Assembly (NCBI GenBank): GCA_905236245.1
Contig: CAJOPC010000005.1
Span: 539 to 64,538 of the forward strand
Origin: an uncultured Alphaproteobacteria bacterium
Lineage (GTDB): Bacteria > Pseudomonadota > Alphaproteobacteria > CAAHEQ01 > UBA3637
Reading direction: 5' to 3'
Length of the DNA stretch: 64,000 bases
Shown: positions 55,030 to 64,000 of the stretch, piece by piece
Layout: every line of letters begins with the position of its first letter
How positions within the stretch are numbered: the first letter of the stretch is position 1
Translations under genes and position numbers: made by a program
The notes under the pieces: generated by a model
Databases searched by the model: none
Seen by the model: the letters and a program-made list of their open reading frames with translations, nothing else
What the model was told of the DNA's origin: nothing

Positions 55030-57427
55030 AGAGAAAAAATTGACTTTATCCGGAAAAACATTGTCACTAGGCGGCACTTTGCGTCCCAATATGGGGGCTC
55101 ATAGTGGCGTGCAGGTTGAAGTGCGCAAACAAAGACGTATTATATCTCCGACACAAAAACCTGCGACGATAACACAGGATGCAGCACAAAAATTAAAACT
55201 GTTGCAAGAAGCTCAACGTGTTGCAGAGCATGCAAAACAATTAGAGGCGGAGCGTCAAGCTCAGGCGGAAAAAGCACAAAAAGAGCAAGAGCGTCGCGCG
55301 GAGGAGGCCGCGAAACGTCAAGCTGAACTTGAAAGCCAAATGGCTAAGTCAGAAACGGCTGTGCCTGAAAAGCAACATAAGACTTTTTCTGACAATAAGA
55401 AAAAGGATATGGATGAAATTTTATCGGCCAAAAAACAAAAAGAATTAGAGCAAGCCATGAATCGTGGTAAAGGTTCTTTTGAGGAAAAACGTGCCAATAA
55501 AATGAACCTAAATGCTTATAAACAATATTCCGGAGATGAAGAAGATTCTGATGAAGAAAATGGTCCTCATCATCATAGACGGTCTTTGGCCTCTATTAAA
55601 CGGGCTCGAGAAAAACAATATCAAAAGTTTTTGGAATCTCAAAAAGGACCCGCAGAAAAAGTTATTCGTGATGTGATTATTCCCGAAACTATTACAGTAC
55701 AGGAATTGGCTGCTCGTATGGCCGAAAAAGGTGCTGATGTGGTCAAAACTTTGATGAAGCTCGGAATGATGGTGACTATTACACAGACTATTGATGCGGA
55801 TACGGCCGAATTGGTTGTGACAGAAATGGGACATCGCGTCAAACAACGTGTTTCGGAATCTGATGTGGAAAATGTATTGAAGCATGAGGAAATTCCAGAA
55901 TCTGAATATGAACCACGGCCACCAGTTGTGACCGTAATGGGACACGTGGATCATGGTAAAACTTCTTTGTTGGATGCCTTGCGTTCCACAAATGTGGCGG
56001 CCAAAGAATCTGGTGGCATTACCCAACATATTGGTGCCTATCAGGTTGTTTTGGAAAGTGGTAAGAAAATTACGTTTATTGATACGCCGGGACACGAAGC
56101 ATTTACCGCTATGCGTGCACGTGGGGCTCAAGTAACGGATATCGTTATTTTGGTTGTGGCGGCCAATGATAGTGTGATGCCTCAAACAATTGAAGCTATT
56201 CACCATGCGAAAGCCGCGGGCGTTCCTTTGATTGTTGCGATCAATAAAATGGATGTGCCCGGTGCAAATCCGAACAAAGTGCGCACAGATTTATTACAAC
56301 ACGAAGTTGCTGTGGAATCCATGGGCGGTGATGTATTGGAAGTCGAAGTGTCTGCAAAACAAAAAACAAACTTGGACAAGTTGGTGGAAGCTATCTTATT
56401 GCAAGCTGAAATGTTGGATTTAAAAGCCCCGAAAAATTGTCCGGCCGAAGGTGTCGTGGTGGAAGCTCGTATGGAGAAAGGACGCGGTTCTGTGGCCACA
56501 ATCTTGGTGAAAAAAGGAACGCTTCATGTCGGCGATTTGTTTGTGACAGGCCAAGAGTGGGGGCGTGTTCGTTCTATGTCTAACGCCAAAAATCAAGTGT
56601 TAGAAACGGCCGAACCTGCCCAACCAGTGGAAGTGATTGGTTTGAACGGAACACCATCTGCTGGTGATGATTTTGTGGTTGTGGATGATGAGCAAACAGC
56701 CAGAGATATTTCCGCTTATCGTCAACGCAAAGCCCGCGAATTGTTGAATGTAAAACGCATGGGCGGAACAGAAGGCTTGTTAGCTCAAATCAAGGCTGGT
56801 CAGATGAAGGAAGTGCCTGTCTTAATTAAGGCTGATGTGCAAGGTTCTGTAGAAGCTTTGGTCGGCATTTTGAGTAAGATTAAAAATGACGAAATCAAGG
56901 TCAACATTGTGCATAGTGCCGTGGGTGGAATCAATGAAACAGATATTGCTTTGGCTCGGGCCAGCAACGCGATTGTGATCGGCTTTAATGTGCGCGCAAA
57001 TCAAGGCGCCAGAAGTGCCGCGAAACGCGATGGCGTAGATATTCGCTATTACTCCATTATTTACGATGTGGCTGATGATATCAAAAAGGCTGTGGAAGGA
57101 TTGTTGACGCCTGAAGAACACGAAAAGATTATCGGTTATGCCGAAGTGCGTCAGGTGATTTCTATTTCCAAAGTCGGTAAGATTGCCGGTTGTATGGTGA
57201 CAGAAGGTGTGATTAAACGTGGCGCAAAAGTTCGCTTGCTACGCAACGATACCGTTATTTACACGGGCGATTTGGAACAACTCAAACGTATGAAAGACGA
57301 TGTGCGTGAAGTGAAAGAATCGTTTGAATGCGGCGTGAAATTGGCCAAGTTTGATGACATCAAGGAAGGTGATATCGTGGAATGCTTTGAAATGGAGCAA
57401 ACCGCCGTCAAGTTTGTTGCAAACTAA
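55022..57427 (+). CDS. infB: translation initiation factor IF-2
   Basis: 801 aa with a charged N-terminal region, the G domain ([29 protein letters not shown]) and a conserved C-terminal domain. Confidence 0.97.
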   Translation: MSEEKKLTLSGKTLSLGGTLRPNMGAHSGVQVEVRKQRRIISPTQKPATITQDAAQKLKLLQEAQRVAEHAKQLEAERQAQAEKAQKEQERRAEEAAKRQAELESQMAKSETAVPEKQHKTFSDNKKKDMDEILSAKKQKELEQAMNRGKGSFEEKRANKMNLNAYKQYSGDEEDSDEENGPHHHRRSLASIKRAREKQYQKFLESQKGPAEKVIRDVIIPETITVQELAARMAEKGADVVKTLMKLGMMVTITQTIDADTAELVVTEMGHRVKQRVSESDVENVLKHEEIPESEYEPRPPVVTVMGHVDHGKTSLLDALRSTNVAAKESGGITQHIGAYQVVLESGKKITFIDTPGHEAFTAMRARGAQVTDIVILVVAANDSVMPQTIEAIHHAKAAGVPLIVAINKMDVPGANPNKVRTDLLQHEVAVESMGGDVLEVEVSAKQKTNLDKLVEAILLQAEMLDLKAPKNCPAEGVVVEARMEKGRGSVATILVKKGTLHVGDLFVTGQEWGRVRSMSNAKNQVLETAEPAQPVEVIGLNGTPSAGDDFVVVDDEQTARDISAYRQRKARELLNVKRMGGTEGLLAQIKAGQMKEVPVLIKADVQGSVEALVGILSKIKNDEIKVNIVHSAVGGINETDIALARASNAIVIGFNVRANQGARSAAKRDGVDIRYYSIIYDVADDIKKAVEGLLTPEEHEKIIGYAEVRQVISISKVGKIAGCMVTEGVIKRGAKVRLLRNDTVIYTGDLEQLKRMKDDVREVKESFECGVKLAKFDDIKEGDIVECFEMEQTAVKFVAN

Positions 57428-57436
57428 GGAGAACGC

Positions 57437-57823
57437 ATGAGAAGTCAAAAAGCACCATCCGAAAGACAGCTGCGCGTGGCGGAAGAAATTCAGCACGTTT
57501 TGGCAAATCTTTTGATTCGTAATAATTTTTTTATTGCCGGATTGAAGGCTCCTTATATCATGCTGACGGAAGTGGATATTTCTTCTGATTTTTCATTTGC
57601 GCGAATTTTTGTGCGGGCTATTCCGCCCGTTGATACGAAAGAACAGGTGGCATTACTGCGTGAGCATAAAGGACTTTTCCGCAAAGAAATCGGGCGGCAA
57701 ATTCGCTTGCGCATTGTGCCGGATTTGGACTTTGTTGCCGATACGCGCATGGAAAATGTCGAGCGTATTGAAGAGCTTTTGAATTCACCCAAAGTAAAGG
57801 CCGATCTTGAATCCAAAGAATAA
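57437..57823 (+). CDS. rbfA: ribosome-binding factor A
   Basis: 128 aa with RQLRVAEEIQHVL, LTEVDISSDFSFARIFV and IVPDLDFVADT. AAGGAG SD. Confidence 0.9.
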   Translation: MRSQKAPSERQLRVAEEIQHVLANLLIRNNFFIAGLKAPYIMLTEVDISSDFSFARIFVRAIPPVDTKEQVALLREHKGLFRKEIGRQIRLRIVPDLDFVADTRMENVERIEELLNSPKVKADLESKE

Positions 57824-58703
57824 CTTAAACGGATTTTTGGTTATTGATAAGCCCTATGATATGGGGTCAACTCAGGTTGTCTCTGTCTTAAAACATTATT
57901 TGCATCCGAACAAAATCGGACATGCTGGCACTTTGGATCCGTTGGCAACGGGTGTTTTGCCGATTGCTTTGGGTAAAGCAACGCGCTTGATCCCGTATGT
58001 GATGGCCGGTAAAAAGACTTATCAATTTCAGGTTAAATGGGGCGTGGAAACAGATTCGGACGATTTGGCTGGTCAAGAGGTTTCCACTAGCGATAAAATT
58101 CCGACAGAGCGGGAGATAAGGTCTGTTTTGCCCAAATTTGTCGGTGAAATTATGCAAACGCCAAATGTTTTTTCGGCGCTACGCATAAATGGAAAACGTG
58201 CTTATGATTTGGCGCGTGAAGGGAAAAAAGTCAAAATTGAACCGCGTCCAATCACGATTTATGATTTAAAGATATTGGATATACAAGCTGATAATACTAC
58301 TTTTGAGGTTGTTTGTAGTAAAGGTACATATGTTCGATCTTTGGCGCATGATATAGCACATGCGTTGGCAACAGTTGGGGTTGTGACAATGTTGCGGCGC
58401 ATTGCGTGTTTGCCGTTTGATTTAAACGAGGCGATTGCTTTGGATGATATTAAAGCTGGAAAAATAACCGAGCAAAATTTAAATTTAATTCCAATGGAAG
58501 GTGTTATTCAACATTTGCCTGTGTTGACCTTTTCGGCCACAGAGGTAAAACGTTTGTCACAAGGTCAAAGATTGTCATGGCTAAAATTAGAAATTTCTCA
58601 GCCTGATGTGCCAGATGGTGTCTATTGTGTGCAAACAGATGCAAAAATACAAGGTCTTGTCACCAAAAAGGGGCGTGTTGTTTCTCCAGAATTTATTTGG
58701 TAA
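57807..58703 (+). CDS. truB: tRNA pseudouridine-55 synthase
   Basis: TTG start overlapping the rbfA end. It has GFLVIDKPYDMGS, the catalytic HAGTLDPLATGVLPI and GTYVRSL. Confidence 0.9.
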   Translation: MNPKNNLNGFLVIDKPYDMGSTQVVSVLKHYLHPNKIGHAGTLDPLATGVLPIALGKATRLIPYVMAGKKTYQFQVKWGVETDSDDLAGQEVSTSDKIPTEREIRSVLPKFVGEIMQTPNVFSALRINGKRAYDLAREGKKVKIEPRPITIYDLKILDIQADNTTFEVVCSKGTYVRSLAHDIAHALATVGVVTMLRRIACLPFDLNEAIALDDIKAGKITEQNLNLIPMEGVIQHLPVLTFSATEVKRLSQGQRLSWLKLEISQPDVPDGVYCVQTDAKIQGLVTKKGRVVSPEFIW

Positions 58704-58720
58704 TGGCCTAAAATAATTAC

Positions 58721-58749
58721 TTGATTTTTCTTTAAAACTCGTGTATAAT
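58721..58749 (+). promoter_or_regulatory. candidate promoter (TTGATT-17-TATAAT) for rpsO
   Basis: Hexamers read directly. It leaves a leader of about 100 nt before ATG 58859. Confidence 0.45.
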
Positions 58750-58858
58750 AACCCCGTTGTTTTCGTTGAAAGCAAGATTGACCTGACTGAACGATATCTC
58801 GGTTTGTGCCGGCCTTGCGGGAGAGAGCAACCGATTAACAATAAAGAAAGGATAAAAG

Positions 58859-59128
58859 ATGTCGTTAACTAAAGAAGCTAAACAAAAACTCATTGCAGAT
58901 TTTGCTACTACAAAAGGCGATACAGGTTCGCCAGAGGTTCAAATTGCCGTTTTAACAGCGGAAATTGCCGCCTTGGCTGAACATATGAAAAGCCATCCAA
59001 AGGATTTTCATTCCCGTCGCGGATTGAATGCTATGGTGACAAAACGTCGTCAATTGTTGGCTTATGTGAAAAAGCAAGACAATGCTCGTTATGAGGATTT
59101 GATTGCCCGCTTGAAATTGCGGAAATAA
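58859..59128 (+). CDS. rpsO: 30S ribosomal protein uS15
   Basis: 89 aa with [28 protein letters not shown]-like ([15 protein letters not shown]) and KRRQLLAY. Confidence 0.95.
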   Translation: MSLTKEAKQKLIADFATTKGDTGSPEVQIAVLTAEIAALAEHMKSHPKDFHSRRGLNAMVTKRRQLLAYVKKQDNARYEDLIARLKLRK

Positions 59129-59135
59129 TTTCGTG

Positions 59136-59163
59136 GCAAGGGGTGTCAAGGGATGCCCCTTGC
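59136..59163 (+). promoter_or_regulatory. stable hairpin in the rpsO-pnp spacer (attenuator / RNase III-type processing site candidate)
   Basis: An 8-bp stem GCAAGGGG (59136-43) / CCCCTTGC (59156-63) with a 12-nt loop. No strong T run follows. Confidence 0.45.
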
Positions 59164-59201
59164 AGTTTGTATGAATGATGAGATGAAAGGAAAAAATAAA
59201 T

Positions 59202-61403
59202 ATGTCAATTTTTACAACATTTAAAAAGGAAATCACTTGGGGAGGTAAACAACTTTCCATTGAAACAGGAAAGATCGGCCGTCAAGCTGACGGTTCTGTG
59301 ATTGTCCGTTATGGAGACACAATGATTCATGCGACCGTATGTGCCGCTAAAACAAAACCAGAAACTTTTGAAGATTTTATTCCCCTTACAGTAAATTACC
59401 AGGAAAAAACTTATTCTGCTGGTCAAATTCCTGGGGGATTTTTTAAACGTGAAGGTAAACCTAGCGAACATGAAGTGTTGGTCAGTCGTTTAATTGACCG
59501 TCCAATTCGGCCTTTGTTTGTGAAAGGTTTTAACAACGAAACTCAGGTTGTTTGTACATTGATTTCTTATGATAAAAAGACTCAATCTGATATCGTTGCA
59601 ATGATTGCGGCATCTGCTGCATTAACCATTTCCGGTTTGCCGTTCTTGGGGCCTATTGCTGGTGCTAGAGTCGGTTATATCGATGGCCAATATGTGTTAA
59701 ATCCGGATATCCAACAAATGAAGCATACTGATTTGGATTTGGTTGTTGCCGGCACCAAAGAAGGTGTGTTGATGGTTGAATCTGAAGCTCAAGAATTATC
59801 CGAAGAAGTGATGTTAGGAGCTGTGGAATTCGGTCATGAAAATTTAAAGCCCGTTATTGATTTAATTATTTCTTTGGCTGAAGAGTGTGCTAAGGATCCT
59901 TGGGAAGTTCAAAAAGAGCCTGCTGAATATGAAGCTGTTCGCACAGAAATTAAAGAAAAATTGGGATCCAAGATTGCGGATGCTTACAAGATCCACAATA
60001 AATTGGAACGTCAAACAACTTTGGATGCTATTCGCGAAGAAGCAAAAGCTTTGTTTGAAGGCAAAGAGGTTGAATTGTCCATTTATGAAAAGGTCTTCCA
60101 TGAAATTGAATATCGCACAGTGCGTGATTCTATTTTGGCCGGCAATCCACGTATTGACGGACGTGATACAAAGACCGTTCGTGTGATTGAAACAGAAGTT
60201 GGTTTGTTGCCAAAGGCCCATGGTTCCGCTTTGTTCACACGTGGTGAAACTCAGGCTATGGTTGTGACGACTTTGGGAACAGAAGATGATGAACAAATCA
60301 TCGATTCTTTGGACGGCGAGGCTAGCGAGCGGTTCATGTTGCATTACAACTTCCCGCCATATTCTGTCGGCGAAATTGGTCGTTTAGGTTCTCCTGGCCG
60401 TCGTGAAATTGGTCACGGAAAATTGGCATGGCGCGCTATTCACCCAATGTTGCCAAGCAAGGAAGATTTCCCATACACAATTCGCGTTGTGTCCGATATT
60501 ATGGAATCTAACGGATCTTCCTCTATGGCGACAGTTTGCGGTTCTACCTTGTCCTTAATGGACGCAGGTGTTCCGATGAAAAAGCCAGTTGCCGGTATCG
60601 CTATGGGTTTGATTAAAGAAGGCGATAAGTTCGCTGTTTTGACCGACATCTTAGGCGATGAAGATCACCTAGGTGATATGGACTTTAAAGTTGCCGGAAC
60701 AAAAGATGGTGTGACCGCTTTGCAGATGGATATTAAGATTACATCCATTACAAAAGAAATCATGAAGATTGCTTTGGAGCAAGCTCATGAAGGTCGTATG
60801 CATATTTTGGGTAAGATGGCCGAATCTATTGCAGCTCCTCGCGCTGAAATCAGCCCGAATGCTCCACGTATCCAATCTTTCACAATTGATAAAGAAAAGA
60901 TTCGTGACGTGATTGGCTCTGGTGGTAAAACTATTCGTGAGATCACAGAAAAAACAGGTGCAACAGTCAACATCAATGAAGATGGTGTTGTGTCTGTGGC
61001 TGCTGTGGATGGCGCTGTGGCTCAAGCCGCTATCGATTGGATCAAGGGCATTGTTGCCGAACCAGAAAAAGGTCAAGTGTACAATGGTACCGTTGTGAAA
61101 ATTATGGACTTTGGTGCGTTTGTGAACTTTATGCCAAATCGTGATGGTTTGGTGCACGTTTCTGAAATTAAACCAGAGCGCGTGGAAAAAGTGACTGACG
61201 TGTTGAAGGAAGGCGATAAAGTCAAGGTGTTGTGCCAAGGCGCAGATAATCGCGGTAAGATCAAGCTTTCCATGAAGCGTGTGAATCAAGAAACAGGCGA
61301 AATTATCGAATTGCCCGAAAAGAAAAAACATGTGGAAGGCGATAAGCAAGAAGCTCCCGCCGAGGAGATTGCTGAAGCTCCGGCTGAAACACCAGCTGAA
61401 TAA
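59202..61403 (+). CDS. pnp: polyribonucleotide nucleotidyltransferase (PNPase)
   Basis: 733 aa with two RNase PH domains (GRQADGSV..., [11 protein letters not shown]), a KH domain ([11 protein letters not shown]), an S1 domain ([15 protein letters not shown]) and an acidic tail. Confidence 0.97.
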   Translation: MSIFTTFKKEITWGGKQLSIETGKIGRQADGSVIVRYGDTMIHATVCAAKTKPETFEDFIPLTVNYQEKTYSAGQIPGGFFKREGKPSEHEVLVSRLIDRPIRPLFVKGFNNETQVVCTLISYDKKTQSDIVAMIAASAALTISGLPFLGPIAGARVGYIDGQYVLNPDIQQMKHTDLDLVVAGTKEGVLMVESEAQELSEEVMLGAVEFGHENLKPVIDLIISLAEECAKDPWEVQKEPAEYEAVRTEIKEKLGSKIADAYKIHNKLERQTTLDAIREEAKALFEGKEVELSIYEKVFHEIEYRTVRDSILAGNPRIDGRDTKTVRVIETEVGLLPKAHGSALFTRGETQAMVVTTLGTEDDEQIIDSLDGEASERFMLHYNFPPYSVGEIGRLGSPGRREIGHGKLAWRAIHPMLPSKEDFPYTIRVVSDIMESNGSSSMATVCGSTLSLMDAGVPMKKPVAGIAMGLIKEGDKFAVLTDILGDEDHLGDMDFKVAGTKDGVTALQMDIKITSITKEIMKIALEQAHEGRMHILGKMAESIAAPRAEISPNAPRIQSFTIDKEKIRDVIGSGGKTIREITEKTGATVNINEDGVVSVAAVDGAVAQAAIDWIKGIVAEPEKGQVYNGTVVKIMDFGAFVNFMPNRDGLVHVSEIKPERVEKVTDVLKEGDKVKVLCQGADNRGKIKLSMKRVNQETGEIIELPEKKKHVEGDKQEAPAEEIAEAPAETPAE

Positions 61404-61417
61404 GCAAGTTAAATAAA

Positions 61418-61447
61418 AGCGCCCCCGATTTTACGGGGCGTTTTTTT
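61418..61447 (+). terminator. rho-independent terminator after pnp
   Basis: Stem CGCCCC (61420-25) / GGGGCG (61435-40), followed by T7. Confidence 0.75.
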
Positions 61448-61510
61448 GTCCTTGGTCCGTTAAAAATATCTGATAAAATCAGAACAGAATGTTTTAGGAA
61501 AGGAAAGTGT

Positions 61511-62395
61511 ATGCGTAAAGTTTTGTTATTTGGCACGGCAATTTTGGTGGCGACAAGCGTTTTAGCTTTCGGTGGAGGCGGTAAAAATCGTAAGGGTTCT
61601 ATTTATCGAGGAACTGGTGTTGATTCCATTAATGTGCATATAAATGGGAAGGGCTCAGAAGAAGGAACGGATGAGCACGGTTGCCCAAAGAATAGTTCCT
61701 ATAATGAACAGTATGACCAATGTTTTTGTGAAAATGGCTATTATATGTGGAATCATGTTTGTGTTCCGACAAGAGCAAAATGTGATGAGTTGGGCGGTTA
61801 TTGGTGCACAAATAGTGAATATTCTACGTGTGAAAAAAGTGAATCCGATTGTTATGTTCTTTGCCCAGAGGATAGAAAATGTAATGGAACTTGCTGTGGT
61901 GAGGGAAACACATGTCATCAAGACGAGCTGGGTGTTTATCAATGTTGTAATGATGAAATAGGTCAATGTTGTGATGCTGGAGAATCACGAGGCTATGGCC
62001 GTGATTATGGAGGAGACAGGTGTTGCCCATTAAATAGTGTTTGGACACGTGATGGTTTTTGCTTTGAGAATGCGGCTATATATAAAAATTTTCCATACCA
62101 AGGAAATGATCATTATTTCATGAATGAAGCAACATGTGGGGTTTTTGATAGTGAGGGGAATTGTATAGAATTAAGTTATATTCCTCAAGAGGGTTTAGTT
62201 TGTTATGGGATTGATTCTAATGGGCATTGTCGCTCGATGGTGCCTGCTTGTCCAGAAGGACAAACGCCGTATTGTCAAGTTTGGAAAAAGGGTGATTATG
62301 AATTTGCTGATTGTAATGCTGGCCCGGGGCGGCAGTGTTGTTCTGGCACAGTAATTTATGGTGAAAAGGGAAATCTCGATATTTGTAATCAGTAA
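61511..62395 (+). CDS. secreted hyper-cysteine-rich protein, family member 3
   Basis: AGGAAAGGAAAG SD. The signal peptide MRKVLLFGTAILVATSVLA is almost identical to member 1. The leader module is FGGGGKNRKGSIYRGTGVDSINVHINGK. It has 30 Cys with CC doublets, and the C-terminal CPEGQTPYCQ echoes member 1 (CCPEEQTPYCQ). Confidence 0.75.
   Translation: MRKVLLFGTAILVATSVLAFGGGGKNRKGSIYRGTGVDSINVHINGKGSEEGTDEHGCPKNSSYNEQYDQCFCENGYYMWNHVCVPTRAKCDELGGYWCTNSEYSTCEKSESDCYVLCPEDRKCNGTCCGEGNTCHQDELGVYQCCNDEIGQCCDAGESRGYGRDYGGDRCCPLNSVWTRDGFCFENAAIYKNFPYQGNDHYFMNEATCGVFDSEGNCIELSYIPQEGLVCYGIDSNGHCRSMVPACPEGQTPYCQVWKKGDYEFADCNAGPGRQCCSGTVIYGEKGNLDICNQ
61568..61651 (+). repeat. coding segment for the conserved leader module (copy 3 of 3)
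   Basis: Encodes FGGGGKNRKGSIYRGTGVDSINVHINGK. Confidence 0.8.
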
Positions 62396-62470
62396 GTATA
62401 AATAAGTATTTTTTACCCCTTGCAAATCTGGGGTGATGTGACTATATGTTTATGCAGTAAAGGAGCAAAT

Positions 62471-64000
62471 ATGACGAAATCTCAAAAAATTCAATTTAAA
62501 GCCGAAGTGGCAAAGGTGTTGGACATTGTAATCCACAGTTTGTATTCCAACAAAGAAATTTTCTTGCGGGAGTTGATTTCCAATGCGTCGGATGCGTGTG
62601 ATAAATTGCGCTATGAACAAATGTTGCATCCCGAATTGGCGCGTAAGGAAGGTTTTAAAATTACGATTGAGCCAAATAAAACCGCCAAAACTTTAACCGT
62701 TTCTGATAATGGTATCGGTATGAATCACGACGATTTAGTGAATCATTTGGGAACAATTGCACGCTCCGGATCCGGTGAATTTATGAAGGCTCTTTCTGGA
62801 GATAAGCAAAAAGATATGGCTTTGATCGGTCAATTTGGTGTAGGTTTTTATGCTAGTTTTATGGTGGCTGACAAGGTGCAAGTGCGCACGCACAAAGCGG
62901 GTGAAGATATTGGCTATTTGTGGGAAAGTGATGGCGCTGGATCCTTTACAATCGCCGAAGATAAAGATGCGCCGCAAGGCACGGCGGTCACTTTGTTTTT
63001 GAAAAAGGATGATGAGGAATTTTTGGATCCGTTCCGGTTGCGGCACCTGATTAAACAATACAGTGATTTTGTTAGTTTGCCGATTGTGCTTAAAAACGAA
63101 AAAAGTGAAGATACGGTAAATGCTGGATCGGCTCTTTGGGCACGTCCAAAATCGGAAATTACCGAAACACAATACAAAGATTTTTATCAAACGGTGTCAC
63201 ATGCTTTTGATACGCCATGGGAAACTTTGCATTTCCATGCGGAAGGTGTGATTGATTATACTGCCTTGTTGTTTATTCCAACAAAGGCCCCATTGAACTT
63301 GTTTCAGCCAGATAGAAAGACAAGTTTAAATCTGTATGTGAATAAGGTGTTTATTTCGGATGATGTGCCGGATTTAATGCCGTATTGGCTCCGATTCGTG
63401 ACGGGTGTGATTGATACAAAAGATTTGCCATTGAATGTGAGCCGTGAGATGTTGCAACAAACGCCTGTGATGACAAAAATCAAGCAAGGTTTGACGACAA
63501 AAATTATTGGGGCTTTGAAAAAACGTGCCGAAAAACCAGAAGAATACAAAACTTTTTGGGAAGCGTTTGGTATTGTGCTGAAAGAGGGTTTGTATGAGCC
63601 ATCCGCGAATCGGGATGATGTGGCGGAATTGTGCCGTTTTTATTCCACAAATGGTGAAGCGTTGACCAGCTTTGCGGACTATGTTTCGCGCATGAAAAAA
63701 GGCCAGGAAAGCATTTATTATTTAACAGGTTCTGATTTGGCAACGTTGCGTCAAAATCCTCAGTTGGAAGGCTTTGCAGCACGAGGAATAGAGGTCTTGT
63801 TGTTGACGGATCCAATTGATGAATTTTGGACCAATACTTTCCCTGATTACAAGGGCAAAAAGTTTGTAGCTGTGCAGCAAGCTGGTGCCGAATTGGAAAA
63901 AATTGAAAAGGTCAAAAATGATGCCGAAGCTTTACCAAAAGACAAGTTGGATAAGCTGATTGAAAAAATGAAAAAGATTTTGGGTGATGAAGTAAAAGAA
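62471..64000 (+). CDS. htpG: molecular chaperone HtpG (Hsp90), N-terminal ~510 aa; 3' end outside window
   Basis: It is absent from the ORF track because there is no stop in the window. ATG 62471 follows an AAGGAG SD. Translation gives MTKSQKIQFKAEVAKVLDIVIHSLYSNKEIFLRELISNASDACDKLRYE, then GTIARSGS and IGQFGVGFYA. The frame stays open to 64000. Confidence 0.93.
   Translation, partial: MTKSQKIQFKAEVAKVLDIVIHSLYSNKEIFLRELISNASDACDKLRYEQMLHPELARKEGFKITIEPNKTAKTLTVSDNGIGMNHDDLVNHLGTIARSGSGEFMKALSGDKQKDMALIGQFGVGFYASFMVADKVQVRTHKAGEDIGYLWESDGAGSFTIAEDKDAPQGTAVTLFLKKDDEEFLDPFRLRHLIKQYSDFVSLPIVLKNEKSEDTVNAGSALWARPKSEITETQYKDFYQTVSHAFDTPWETLHFHAEGVIDYTALLFIPTKAPLNLFQPDRKTSLNLYVNKVFISDDVPDLMPYWLRFVTGVIDTKDLPLNVSREMLQQTPVMTKIKQGLTTKIIGALKKRAEKPEEYKTFWEAFGIVLKEGLYEPSANRDDVAELCRFYSTNGEALTSFADYVSRMKKGQESIYYLTGSDLATLRQNPQLEGFAARGIEVLLLTDPIDEFWTNTFPDYKGKKFVAVQQAGAELEKIEKVKNDAEALPKDKLDKLIEKMKKILGDEVKE

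Noticed and set aside
1-64000. I searched for CRISPR arrays, transposases or IS ends, integrases, phage genes, toxin-antitoxin pairs and known defence-system genes.
   Set aside because: I saw no short-period direct repeat arrays and no ORFs with recombinase, transposase or phage hallmarks. Apart from the Cys-rich genes, the orphan ATPase and a few hypotheticals, every sizeable ORF is a recognisable housekeeping gene.

Overview
This is a tightly packed, mostly plus-strand housekeeping region of a visibly AT-rich genome. It looks alphaproteobacterial: MipZ, LpxI, sigma-32 and a long-linker FtsZ are all present. That taxonomic call is an inference, and I cannot name a genus.

Gene order:
- rpsB' - novel ORF - tsf - frr - uppS
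- Cys-rich gene 1 (minus strand)
- hypothetical - mipZ - pgm - mlaEF - radA - cvpA - deaminase - rlmH - rpoH
- Cys-rich gene 2
- map - radC
- uvrA, tRNA-Ser and rdgB (all minus strand)
- ndk
- a dcw cell-wall/division cluster: rsmH-ftsL-ftsI-murE::murF-mraY-ftsW-murG-murC-murB-ddl-ftsQAZ
- accA (minus strand)
- four exported proteins, including an orphan ABC substrate-binding protein
- rpsT
- cdsA-rseP-bamA-skp-lpxD-lpxA-lpxI-lpxB-GST-lipoprotein-GT4-small membrane protein
- an orphan PilT-like ATPase (minus strand)
- rimP-nusA-ylxR-infB-rbfA-truB-rpsO-pnp
- Cys-rich gene 3
- htpG'

I saw no CRISPR array, transposase, integrase or phage gene. Many genes overlap by ATGA or TAATG, and convergent genes abut or overlap. 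Several operons are preceded by near-consensus sigma-70-type promoters with 17-nt spacers.

Things worth a second look:
1. A three-member family of secreted, extremely cysteine-rich proteins (CC-doublet repeats). They share a leader module that is conserved at the protein level despite heavy synonymous divergence. One member carries a lectin-like C-terminal head. This is the best candidate for something undescribed.
2. A 199-aa unknown ORF translationally wedged into the rpsB-tsf operon.
3. A tRNA-Ser(CGA) with a tandem 5'-half pseudo-copy interrupted inside the anticodon.
4. A single-ORF MurE-MurF fusion, and the absence of mraZ, murD, pyrH and fabZ from their canonical positions.
5. A monocistronic orphan PilT/VirB11-type ATPase.

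All function calls come from reading motifs by eye. No database search was run.
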